DNA of 32,000 bases from NCBI GenBank assembly GCA_934613415.1, contig CAKTSY010000002.1:120001-152000 (forward strand). The letters are read 5' to 3'. The notes under the pieces are model-generated. The model ran no database searches, was not told the DNA's origin, and saw nothing but the letters and a program-made list of their open reading frames with translations. How positions within the stretch are numbered: position 1 is the first letter of the stretch; every line of letters starts with the position of its first letter. Made by a program: the position numbers and the translations under genes. This DNA comes from an uncultured Opitutales bacterium. Its GTDB lineage: Bacteria > Verrucomicrobiota > Verrucomicrobiia > Opitutales > Intestinicryptomonadaceae. Below are positions 17,128 through 25,319 of this stretch, in pieces.

Positions 17128-17224
17128 TTTTTGAGTGCGTGGTGGTTCAAGAAAAAAATAACGATTAAAAAAATTGAAAAATTTGCTCGAAAAAATTTTT
17201 TTGTGTGTATAGATTTCGGGCGGT

Positions 17225-19471
17225 ATGAATATAAAATATATTGGATTGATGGTGTCGGCGGCGGTTATGTCGTTTGGGGCTTATGCCGCCAACGGGGAAA
17301 GTTTGGCCGACAAGGTTTGCTCTTATTCGGGCGGTATAAGTCATTTGCTTGTGCCCACCTACCAAACGGTGCATTTGCCGCAGGGCGAAGTGCGCTTTTA
17401 CCCCATTCGCAGAGACGGTTTTACGTCTGAAAGAATTTCGGGTTTTCCCCTTGCATATTTAGGGCACAGGCGCGACGGTACTTTCAGAATTGCCCCCTAT
17501 TCGGGCGATATGAAAAACCCCAATACCGACTATTGGTTCGACAACGAAACTTCCAAGCCCTATAAATACAATGTATATTTGCAGGAAAACGGCGTTGAAC
17601 TTTCGTTTTCGCCCGCAAAAAAGTGCGGTATTTTTGAGTTGAAATTCGACGGCGAAGAAAACGGCGTTTACATTACTTCACAAGGGGGCAAATTGACGGC
17701 TTCGCAAAAAGACGGCACAATTAGCGGCTACGACTTCTTTTATAGAGACAACCCCAAAAATAATATTCGCGCCGTAAAAGTGTTTGTTTATGCGGAATTG
17801 GGCAAAGACGTAAAATCGGCAGCCGTTATAAAGAACGGCAACGGTCAAAGCGTAAATGTGAAATTCAACAAGGGCGTAAAGAAGGCCGAAGTTAAATACG
17901 CAATTTCGCTTATAAGCGAAGAACAGGCAAAAAAGAATTTTGAAAAGGAAATGCGCGGCAAGAATTTTGCCGAACAAGTTGCCCTGGCAAAACAGACTTG
18001 GGAAGATTGCCTCGGTCAAATCCAGATAGAAGGCGGTACTACCGAAGAACAGAATATGTTCTACACTTCGCTTTATAGATGCCACGAAAGAATGGCAAAC
18101 TACAGCGAAGACGGCCAATATTACAGTGCCTACGACAATAAAATCCATATCGACACAACATCTGACTTCTATTGCGACGACTGGTCGTGGGATACCTATC
18201 GCAATTTGCACCCCTTGTTTACAATATTAAACCCCGCAATGCAGCGCGAAAAGGTGCTTTCGTATATAAAGATGGCGGAACAATCGGGCAGAATGCCCAC
18301 ATTCCCGCAAATCTACGGCGATATGCACGGCATGAACGGCAACCACTACGCCTCTATTGTGTGGGACGCCTACTGCAAGGGCATTAGGGGCATAGACCTT
18401 AAAAAGGCATACGACCTTTGCAAAAAGACGATATTCGAAACTACAATGATTCCCTGGATATATGCGCCCGCTATGGAGCTTGACGCATTCTACAACAAGC
18501 ACGGATACTTCCCCGGCTTGGCCGAAGGCGAAAAGGAAATATACCCGATTGTAAACGGTTTTGAACAGCGTCAGGCGGTAACCGTTACATTGGCGCAAAG
18601 CTACGACGACTGGTGCATGGCGCAAATGGCCAACGAGCTTGGCCTTAAAGAAGACCGCGATATGTTCCTTAAAAGGGCGGTAAACTACCGCAATTTGTGG
18701 AATAAAAAGACGGGCTTTTTTGCTCCCAAAAACGAGAAGGGCGAATGGATAGAACCCTTTAACCCGAAGCTTTCGGGCGGTGTCGGCGCGCGCGCATATT
18801 TTGCCGAAAACAACGCCTGGACATACATTTGGGACGTAACCCACAACACAAACGACCTTGTATACGGCCTCTTCGGTTCGGCAAAGGCGTTTGAAGACAA
18901 GCTCGACAGAATGTTCATAGAAACTTTGGGTTGCTCGCGCAGGGTATGGCCCGACAAGATGCCCGACTCGACGGGTATGGTTGGCCAGTTTGTAATGGGT
19001 AACGAACCCAGCTTGCATATTCCCTATTTATACAACTACATAGGCAAGCCTTGGAAAACCCAGCGTTTGATTCGCCGCCTAACCGATATGTGGTTTAGAA
19101 CCGACTACTTTGGTATGCCGGGCGACGAAGACGGCGGCTCGATGAGCTCGTTCTATGTATTCTCGGCTTTGGGCTTTTACCCCGTAACCCCGGGTATGCC
19201 AATGTATGTAATAGGCACTCCCTTCTTTAAGAAGGCCGAAATTAACCTTAAGTCGGGCAAGAAGTTTACGGTTGTAGCCAACAACTACGCTCCCAACCAC
19301 AAATACATACAGTCGGCAAAGCTTAACGGCAAACCCCTTAACCGCTCGTGGATTACTCACGACGAAATTATGAACGGCGGCGTTTTGGAATTCGAAATGG
19401 GCTTGCGCCCGAACAAAACTTGGGCAACTACAATAGACGCAGTTCCCCCCTCGTTCGAATTCAAAAAATAG
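17225..19471 (+). CDS. GH92-family alpha-mannosidase
   Basis: Signal peptide. GNEPSLHIPYLYNYIGKPWKTQ and MPGDEDGGSMSSFYVFSALGFYPV are hallmark GH92 motifs. 748 aa is the typical size. Confidence 0.9.
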   Translation: MNIKYIGLMVSAAVMSFGAYAANGESLADKVCSYSGGISHLLVPTYQTVHLPQGEVRFYPIRRDGFTSERISGFPLAYLGHRRDGTFRIAPYSGDMKNPNTDYWFDNETSKPYKYNVYLQENGVELSFSPAKKCGIFELKFDGEENGVYITSQGGKLTASQKDGTISGYDFFYRDNPKNNIRAVKVFVYAELGKDVKSAAVIKNGNGQSVNVKFNKGVKKAEVKYAISLISEEQAKKNFEKEMRGKNFAEQVALAKQTWEDCLGQIQIEGGTTEEQNMFYTSLYRCHERMANYSEDGQYYSAYDNKIHIDTTSDFYCDDWSWDTYRNLHPLFTILNPAMQREKVLSYIKMAEQSGRMPTFPQIYGDMHGMNGNHYASIVWDAYCKGIRGIDLKKAYDLCKKTIFETTMIPWIYAPAMELDAFYNKHGYFPGLAEGEKEIYPIVNGFEQRQAVTVTLAQSYDDWCMAQMANELGLKEDRDMFLKRAVNYRNLWNKKTGFFAPKNEKGEWIEPFNPKLSGGVGARAYFAENNAWTYIWDVTHNTNDLVYGLFGSAKAFEDKLDRMFIETLGCSRRVWPDKMPDSTGMVGQFVMGNEPSLHIPYLYNYIGKPWKTQRLIRRLTDMWFRTDYFGMPGDEDGGSMSSFYVFSALGFYPVTPGMPMYVIGTPFFKKAEINLKSGKKFTVVANNYAPNHKYIQSAKLNGKPLNRSWITHDEIMNGGVLEFEMGLRPNKTWATTIDAVPPSFEFKK

Positions 19472-19490
19472 TATTTGCTTGCATACACAC

Positions 19491-19532
19491 AAAAACCTTT
19501 CGGAATTGCCCGAAAGGTTTTTTGTTTTTTTT
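19491..19532. terminator. Bidirectional rho-independent terminator between convergent genes
   Basis: AACCTTTCGG (19494-19503) / CCGAAAGGTT (19510-19519), flanked by A5 and a long T-run. The stem is nearly identical to that of the 12399-12436 terminator. Confidence 0.8.
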
Positions 19533-19564
19533 GCGAATGTTGATTTGCGAAAGTTAAAAATTTT

Positions 19565-20344
19565 TTACAAGGCGCGAACTTCCCTTAAAACTTCGGTAAA
19601 GGGGTTTACTATTTCTATTTTGCAGGCGTTTTGCCCAAGCAATTTTATCTTTTCGGCAATAAGTGCCGTGTTGTTGCATTCGCGCGAAACGTGGGCTAAA
19701 TACACCTTCCTTAATTTTTCGAAATCCAGCTGCTGCAAAAGCGAAAGGGCATCGTCGTTCGACAAATGGCCGCTGCTGCCCCTAATGCGGCGTTTAAGCG
19801 AATAGGTGCGTGTTGAATTTTCCAGCATTTGCGGGTCGTAGTTAGATTCTAGCACAAGCAAATTTGCAAGCTTTGCCATATTCAGGCAGTTTTGGCTGAC
19901 ATAGCCTAAGTCGGTCATCCATACAAAGTTTTCGCCGCCGCAATCGAATTTGTAGCCTACGGTGTCGTTCGCATCGTGCGGAACCGAAAACGATTGCACT
20001 TTCATTTCGCCGTATTCGAATAAATCGCCCGTATGGAAAATTTTCCAATGCAAATTTTTTGCCTTCGGGAATTTTGCCATAACCATTTCGGCGGTCATTT
20101 CGTTGGCAAAAACGCAAAGGTTTTGGTATTTAGAAAGGCAGTTTAGCATTTTGCAATGGTCGCCGTGCTCGTGGGTTATAAAAATTGCGTTTATATCGCT
20201 TACCGCAAGGTTCTTTTGCTCCAAAAACTTTTCTAGGCTTCGTATGCCAATGCCTGCGTCTATCAGCACCTTGCTTTCTTTATATTCCAAAAGCGAGCAG
20301 TTGCCGTTGCTAGAACTTGATATAACCTGAAATTGAATCATCAT
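19565..20344 (-). CDS. MBL-fold metallo-hydrolase (YycJ/PhnP-like)
   Basis: HxHxDH motif ITHEHGDH, and downstream SVPHD and SSGHLSN motifs typical of the YycJ-like beta-lactamase-fold family. Confidence 0.88.
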   Translation of the reverse strand: MMIQFQVISSSSNGNCSLLEYKESKVLIDAGIGIRSLEKFLEQKNLAVSDINAIFITHEHGDHCKMLNCLSKYQNLCVFANEMTAEMVMAKFPKAKNLHWKIFHTGDLFEYGEMKVQSFSVPHDANDTVGYKFDCGGENFVWMTDLGYVSQNCLNMAKLANLLVLESNYDPQMLENSTRTYSLKRRIRGSSGHLSNDDALSLLQQLDFEKLRKVYLAHVSRECNNTALIAEKIKLLGQNACKIEIVNPFTEVLREVRAL

Positions 20345-20420
20345 AAATTTTTAAACGGGCATACTAGCTTTGATGCCCCTTTTTGCAATAGATATTTTTG
20401 CCGCAACACTTGGATTTTGC

Positions 20421-20449
20421 TTGAAAAAATCGGCGTGTGCGGTTTTAAT
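20421..20449 (+). promoter_or_regulatory. Possible sigma70-type promoter for the oxidoreductase gene
   Basis: TTGAAA (20421-20426), a 17-nt spacer, then TTTAAT (20444-20449), about 60 nt upstream of the ATG at 20511. Consensus matching only. Confidence 0.3.
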
Positions 20450-20510
20450 GTGCCACCAATAACAAGTTTAACGAGGATTTTTTAACAACAAAAAGAAAGA
20501 GCAAAAAATT

Positions 20511-21683
20511 ATGGCATCTCCTAGACCCTTGAGAGTTGGTTTAATAGGCGGCGGCGCGGGCGCATTCATTGCCCAGCCACATCAAAAGGCGATTCATTCC
20601 GACGGTACGCGCAGAGTAGTTGCAGGCGCGCTGCACCCGAATCCCGAAATTGCAATGAGCGAAGCGGCAAATTGGCCGTACCCGATTAAGGGTTACGAAT
20701 CGTACGACCTTATGTTGGAAGACCAAAAGAAGCTTCCAAAAGAAGAACGCTTAGACTACGTCCTTATTGTAACTCCCAATTTTGTGCATTTCGACCCTGC
20801 AATGAAATTTGTTCAGGCGGGCATTCCCGTTATGTGCGAAAAGCCTATGACCCTTACTCTTGAACAGGCCGACGCCCTTGTTAAAGCCGTAAAGGAAAAG
20901 AACGTTCCCTTTGCCGTTGCCCACACCTATTTGGGCCACTGGACAACTTGGTTTAGCCGCTTTATAGTAACAAGCGGTCTTTTGGGCGAAATTCGCTTTG
21001 TAGATGCTTCGTACCTGCAGGGCTGGTTGGCCGAAAAGCTCGAGCAAAAAACCGAAGTATGGCGCACAGACCCGAAAAAGTCGGGCAAGTCTCTTTGCGG
21101 CGGCGACATAGGTATTCACGCTTTAATGCAGTTACGCTTTGTTACCGGCTTAGACGTAACAAGGGTAAGCGCGCACCTCGAAAACTTTGTTCAAGGCCGC
21201 GTGTTAGACGACAACTTTATGGCATATTGCGACCTTAGCAACGGCGGCAAGGCAACGGTTCGCGCTTCGCAAATCTTTACGGGGCATAAAAACGACCTTT
21301 CGCTTGAAGTTGTAGGTACAAAGGGCACTTTGCGCTGGAAGCAGGAAGAATCGGAATGCGTACGCATTAATATGATTAACCAGCCCGACAGAGTTTACTG
21401 GCGCGGCGGCGTAACCCCCAACGACGGCTTCTTAAAAGACGTTCCCGAATGGTTGCTTAAAGAACCGAGAATTCCCTCGGGTCACTTTGAAGGTTTTCAC
21501 GACGCCTACGCGCGTTTGCACCGCAGTTTTGAAGCCGATGTACGCGCATACTGGGAAGGCAAGCCCTTTAAGTGCGACGGCTCTAAGTATGCTACTGTAG
21601 ACGACGGCAGAACGGGCATGGCTTTTGTAGAAGCCGCGGTAGAATCTAACCAAAAAGACGGCGCATGGGTAAAAATGCCCTAG
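20511..21683 (+). CDS. Gfo/Idh/MocA-family NAD(P)-dependent sugar oxidoreductase
   Basis: N-terminal Rossmann LRVGLIGGGAGAF, the conserved EKPMT motif, and a 390-aa two-domain length. Confidence 0.9.
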   Translation: MASPRPLRVGLIGGGAGAFIAQPHQKAIHSDGTRRVVAGALHPNPEIAMSEAANWPYPIKGYESYDLMLEDQKKLPKEERLDYVLIVTPNFVHFDPAMKFVQAGIPVMCEKPMTLTLEQADALVKAVKEKNVPFAVAHTYLGHWTTWFSRFIVTSGLLGEIRFVDASYLQGWLAEKLEQKTEVWRTDPKKSGKSLCGGDIGIHALMQLRFVTGLDVTRVSAHLENFVQGRVLDDNFMAYCDLSNGGKATVRASQIFTGHKNDLSLEVVGTKGTLRWKQEESECVRINMINQPDRVYWRGGVTPNDGFLKDVPEWLLKEPRIPSGHFEGFHDAYARLHRSFEADVRAYWEGKPFKCDGSKYATVDDGRTGMAFVEAAVESNQKDGAWVKMP

Positions 21684-21703
21684 TTGCCGCTTTAGGCTGA
21701 AAA

Positions 21704-21742
21704 CAAAAAATGCTTCGGAAGAAATCCCGAAGCATTTTTTTT
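21704..21742. terminator. Bidirectional rho-independent terminator
   Basis: ATGCTTCGG (21710-21718) / CCGAAGCAT (21727-21735), flanked by A6 and T8, between convergent genes. Confidence 0.8.
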
Positions 21743-21778
21743 GTGCTCTAAAAGTTGTGTTCTAAAAAATACTGCTCT

Positions 21779-22444
21779 CTATTTTGCGGCCTTTTGTTCG
21801 GCGTTGTCTTCGACCAAAACAAAAGGCTTTAGCACAAGGCGATTGTTTTTTATGGCATCTAAAACAAGCTGCTGGGCAAGTTCGTTTCGCGGCAAAGAGG
21901 TGTCGCTTTTCGATTCTTCGCACATCTTGCGCCCTTCGTTGTTGTTCCATAAATCCATACAGCGCGCGCCCATTGTGTTTAGAAAGGAAATTTCGTAGGC
22001 GTCGGTAAAAGCCTTTGCGCGCTTAGCTCCTATTTTGTCGGCAAGCATAAAGCTAAAATATGCGTGGCGGAAAGCGTCGGCTTCGTTGTCTACTGGGTCT
22101 ATTCCGGGGAAAAGCTCTTCTACAAGCGCAACAGTATGGTTCTTTAAAGTTCTGGCATAGTGCGCGCCTATGGGGTCTCGTAATGCCTGCTGGTATACTC
22201 CGCGTCCAGAGGGGTTAAAGTTCATCTTTTTGTATATACTTAAAACGCTTACGTCGCTTTTCGAAATATTGTCGGGCGTTTCAAGCTTTATGCTGGAGAT
22301 GTCTTTGCCCTGTAGTCTTTGGGCTTCCTCTTTGCCTGCAATAATTTCGCGTTCGCTTTCGGGCATACTTATGCAGCCGCAAAGCGAAAAAACAGCAAAC
22401 ACCGCAAGCGTTTTTACCGAAAAAAATAAAAGGTTCTTGGACAT
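21779..22444 (-). CDS. Probable lipoprotein of unknown function with AFRHAY...DAYE...MDLWNNNEGR motif
   Basis: Start moved to the internal ATG at 22444, giving MSKNLLFFSVKTLAVFAVFSLCGC (signal plus Cys). The longer ORF start adds a Cys/Phe-rich non-signal extension. Confidence 0.7.
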   Translation of the reverse strand: MSKNLLFFSVKTLAVFAVFSLCGCISMPESEREIIAGKEEAQRLQGKDISSIKLETPDNISKSDVSVLSIYKKMNFNPSGRGVYQQALRDPIGAHYARTLKNHTVALVEELFPGIDPVDNEADAFRHAYFSFMLADKIGAKRAKAFTDAYEISFLNTMGARCMDLWNNNEGRKMCEESKSDTSLPRNELAQQLVLDAIKNNRLVLKPFVLVEDNAEQKAAK

Positions 22445-22563
22445 TCTTATATAGACAATTTTTAAAGACAAAAGTTTCGCAATATGTGTTATCGTAAAAG
22501 TTCGGCAAAACAAAAAAAGGGGAGGGCAAAAAGCCCCCCGCCTCAAAAAAAACAAAGTTTTGG

Positions 22564-23175
22564 CTATCCTTTAAAGGCCTGTTTTATAAGCTCTTCGGTG
22601 GTGGCGTTGCCCCCAAGTTTGTCTTGCGCTTTGCGCACAGCCTTGTCGGCGTCGGCCAACTTGTAGCCCAGGGCAACAAGGGCGGCAACCGCGTCTGAAA
22701 ACGCCGAAGTTTGCGGGCTGTGCAAATCATTGCTTTCGCCGCTTTTTGGCGCAATTGTAAACGACTGGCTTTGCATAAAGTCGCGCAATTCAACAATAAG
22801 GCGTTCGGCGGTTTTTTTGCCTATGCCGGGGCACTTTGAGAGCAGCGAAACATCGCCGGCAACAATTGCGCCCTTCAGGGTTTCTACCGACATTCTGCTT
22901 AAAATATTAAGCGCAATTTTTGGGCCTATGCCCGAAACTTTTTCAATTAAAGTTTTAAAAAAGTCGCGCTCGGTTTCGTTCGCAAAGCCGTATAGGGCTT
23001 GCGAATCTTCCTTATAAACGGCAACGGTGTGCAAAAAAACCTTTTCGCCCGCGCGCGGCAGTTGTTCGGCGGTTGTAATGGGAATGTTTACTTCGTAGAA
23101 AAGCCCCGAAGGCGTTTCTACAACCGCCATAAGCGGCAGGCTTTTCGCCAAAATGCCTTTTATGGCTACAATCAT
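22564..23175 (-). CDS. ruvA: Holliday junction branch-migration complex subunit RuvA
   Basis: MIVAIKGIL...YEVNIP...FGF...ERDFFKTLIEKVSGIGPKIALNILS...LSKCPGIGKKTAERLIVEL is the classic RuvA OB plus two HhH layout. 203 aa. Confidence 0.93.
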   Translation of the reverse strand: MIVAIKGILAKSLPLMAVVETPSGLFYEVNIPITTAEQLPRAGEKVFLHTVAVYKEDSQALYGFANETERDFFKTLIEKVSGIGPKIALNILSRMSVETLKGAIVAGDVSLLSKCPGIGKKTAERLIVELRDFMQSQSFTIAPKSGESNDLHSPQTSAFSDAVAALVALGYKLADADKAVRKAQDKLGGNATTEELIKQAFKG

Positions 23176-23904
23176 CTATTTTAGGTTTAAAACGTCTTCC
23201 ATTCCGTACAAGGCGGGGGCTTTGTCTGCCACCCACTTTGCCGCCCTTAGCGCGCCGTTGGCAAAAATTTTGCGGTCGGCCGCCTTATGGGTAAGCTCTA
23301 GCCTCTCGCCGTCGGCTGCAAAAATAACGGTGTGGTCGCCCACAACGCTACCGCCGCGCAGCGAGTGCACGCCAATTTCGCAGGCGGAACGCTCGCCGGT
23401 AATGCCGCAACGCCCGTATTTTACGTTCGAATCCGGAACGTCTCTTGCCTGTTGGCAGATTTTAAGGAGCTTGTCGGCAGTGCCGCTGGGGGCATCTTTC
23501 TTGAATTTGTGGTGCATTTCCACAATTTCTATGTCGTAGTTGTCGGGCAAAATTTCGGCGGCAATCTTTGTAAGGTAGTTTAAAAGATTTACGCCGATAG
23601 AATAGTTGCCCGCCCAAACTATGGGGATTTTCGAGGTGTATTTTAAAATTTCGGCGCGCTGTTCCTGCGAATGTCCCGTAGTTCCTATCACAAGGGGCTT
23701 TTTGTTTTCGGCGCAAAGTTTCGCCAAAACGGGGGTTACGTCTCTAAACGAAAAGTCTATAACAACGTCTACGTTGTTTATAAAATCGGCAGGGTTGTCT
23801 CCCATATCGGTTTTGGCTGCAATTTCGCAACCGCAGTCGGCTGCGGCCGACGCAATCGCGCAGCCCATTCTGCCTTTATATCCGTTAAGCAATACTTTTA
23901 ACAT
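23176..23904 (-). CDS. dapB: 4-hydroxy-tetrahydrodipicolinate reductase
   Basis: Start chosen at MLKVLLNGYKGRMG (ATG 23904-23902), 1 nt after the dapA stop. Motifs IVEMHHKFKKDAPSGTA and HSLRGGSVVGDHTV are DapB signatures. The stop abuts the ruvA ATG. Confidence 0.93.
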   Translation of the reverse strand: MLKVLLNGYKGRMGCAIASAAADCGCEIAAKTDMGDNPADFINNVDVVIDFSFRDVTPVLAKLCAENKKPLVIGTTGHSQEQRAEILKYTSKIPIVWAGNYSIGVNLLNYLTKIAAEILPDNYDIEIVEMHHKFKKDAPSGTADKLLKICQQARDVPDSNVKYGRCGITGERSACEIGVHSLRGGSVVGDHTVIFAADGERLELTHKAADRKIFANGALRAAKWVADKAPALYGMEDVLNLK

Positions 23905-24791
23905 AAACCTATTTCCTTGCAAGTGTTCAATAATTTTTCGGCATTCTGCGGCCTCATTTCGCAAAGCGGAAGCCTTACAAAGGGCGACTTAATCATCTTC
24001 TCAAAAGCCAGCGCCGTTTTGGCCGGTACGGGGTTTGGTTCTATAAACAAATCCTTAAAGAATTTTGCATATTTTGCATTTATTTTTTCGGCCTGGTCGA
24101 ATTTGCCGTTTTCTATAAGGTCTACAAATTCCACCATTTCGGCCGGAATAAGGTTAGAGGCAACGCTTACTACGCCGCGCGCGCCTGCCTTCATAAATTC
24201 CAAAGTAAGGCCGTCGTCGCCGCTTAAAATCGAAATTGCGTCTCCCGCTTTTTTATGCAGGTCTATAACCTTTTCAACCTTGCCGCCGGCTTCTTTTAAA
24301 GCGCAAAAGTTCGGGAATGCCTCCCTTAGGCGTACGGCGGTGTCGTTTTCTATGCCTATGCCGCAACGACCTGGAATTGAATATAGCAAAATGGGCTTTT
24401 CGGTAATCTTTGCAATTTCCGCAAAGTGCCTAAACACGCCTTCCTGGCTGGGCTTGTTGTAGTAGGGGGCAACCGAAAGAAAGCCGTCTACGCCGTCTAT
24501 GTCGGCTTCCTTTGTGTAGCGTACCGCCTCCTGCGTGCAGTTCGAGCCTGTTCCAGCAAGCAGCGCAATGCGGCCGTTTACAAACTTTGCGGTTTGCTTT
24601 ATAACTTCTATATGCTCGCTTTTAGAAAGCGTGGGCGATTCGCCCGTAGTTCCAACCGAAACGATACCTGCAACGCGGGCTTTAACCTGTTGCTCTACCA
24701 TTTGTTCAAGGCTTGGGTAGTCTACCGAGCCGTCGTCGTTCATCGGGGTTATGATTGCAGTCCAAACTCCCTTAAAATCTATTTTATTCAT
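23898..24791 (-). CDS. dapA: 4-hydroxy-tetrahydrodipicolinate synthase
   Basis: GVWTAIITPMNDDGSVDY, VGTTGESPTLS, APYYNKPSQEG and ALKEAGG (Schiff-base Lys context) are DapA signatures. Confidence 0.95.
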   Translation of the reverse strand: MNKIDFKGVWTAIITPMNDDGSVDYPSLEQMVEQQVKARVAGIVSVGTTGESPTLSKSEHIEVIKQTAKFVNGRIALLAGTGSNCTQEAVRYTKEADIDGVDGFLSVAPYYNKPSQEGVFRHFAEIAKITEKPILLYSIPGRCGIGIENDTAVRLREAFPNFCALKEAGGKVEKVIDLHKKAGDAISILSGDDGLTLEFMKAGARGVVSVASNLIPAEMVEFVDLIENGKFDQAEKINAKYAKFFKDLFIEPNPVPAKTALAFEKMIKSPFVRLPLCEMRPQNAEKLLNTCKEIGLC

Positions 24792-24839
24792 ATTTAGCTT
24801 ATATTATTGAAATAATTTTCGGCACACGGCAACAAATAT

Positions 24840-25067
24840 TTACTGGAATATGTTTATCGAAAGAAAACATTCCCTTACAAACCAAATCAAAGCCAGCAAA
24901 ACGGCAAGCCATATAATTATTTTTAGCGAGCGCGAAGTGTTGCCCGGAATATCGCTTCGGGTGAACTTTGTTTGCCTAATGCTTTTGCGCCTTTCGAGAG
25001 GATTGGTTAAGTCGAATGGCAAATCCTTTTTAACGTAATATACCTTTTTCCTCTTTCTGAAAAACAT
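24840..25067 (-). CDS. Possible small membrane protein (75 aa, basic N-terminus, single C-terminal TM helix)
   Basis: ORF only. Positive-inside topology (MFFRKRKK... then LKIIIWLAVLLALIWFV), same strand and 48 nt upstream of dapA. No convincing RBS. Confidence 0.35.
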   Translation of the reverse strand: MFFRKRKKVYYVKKDLPFDLTNPLERRKSIRQTKFTRSDIPGNTSRSLKIIIWLAVLLALIWFVRECFLSINIFQ

Positions 25068-25170
25068 AAGAATACGCTACTACCGCAAAAGGGCGGTGTC
25101 TATAAAATTTTGTATGTTTTTTGCGCCAAAATTGCGGCAAAAGACAAATTTTTGTTTTTACCTACATTCT

Positions 25171-25211
25171 AAAAAATGGGACAGGCGCAAGTCTTTTGGA
25201 CTGCGCCTGTC
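25171..25211 (-). terminator. Rho-independent terminator downstream of metG (minus strand)
   Basis: GACAGGCGCA(A)GTC (25180-25193) / GACTGCGCCTGTC (25199-25211) stem with one bulge. On the minus strand it is followed by CCCATTTTTT. Confidence 0.6.
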
Positions 25212-25319
25212 TTTCTGTATATATGATGGGGGAGGAAAATTATGTTTATAATATCGGTTGTATTTTTTAAAAAATCAAGAAAATTTTTAAAAATTTTGCA
25301 ATATTATAAAATTTGCCGC

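Noticed and set aside
18227-19018. Long antisense ORFs inside well-supported genes: 18227..19018 (263 aa), 13229..13882 (217 aa), 11258..11905 (215 aa), 17678..18211 (177 aa), 8469..8975 (168 aa), 11881..12402 (173 aa), 14933..15454 (173 aa), 4785..5231 (148 aa), 27413..27874 (153 aa)
   Set aside because: Each lies fully within a gene whose opposite-strand product has clear family motifs. Their translations are low-complexity (V/F/A/C/R-rich), with no signal sequences, motifs or RBS. They are typical shadow ORFs.
20357-20378. Hairpin GGGCAT-N10-ATGCCC followed by CTTTTT, resembling a plus-strand terminator
   Set aside because: It lies in a divergent promoter region with no plus-strand gene upstream to terminate. 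The stem is only 6 bp with a 10-nt loop, so it is probably incidental or a minor leader structure.
22445-22555. N-terminal extensions offered by the longest ORFs: 21779..22555, 23176..23964, 28044..28499, 16485..17150
   Set aside because: Internal ATGs give canonical N-termini: a lipoprotein signal, the DapB MLKVLLNGYKGRMG start, the RlmH MIKIVAVGK start and a signal peptide with GGAGG upstream. These starts also remove implausible overlaps with upstream genes or promoter regions.
24792-25319. Lysine riboswitch or T-box-type leader upstream of dapA or downstream of metG
   Set aside because: I read both strands and could not recognise the conserved L-box or T-box core sequences or a multi-stem architecture. 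Only the single terminator hairpin at 25180-25211 is evident. An Rfam scan would be needed to exclude this fully.
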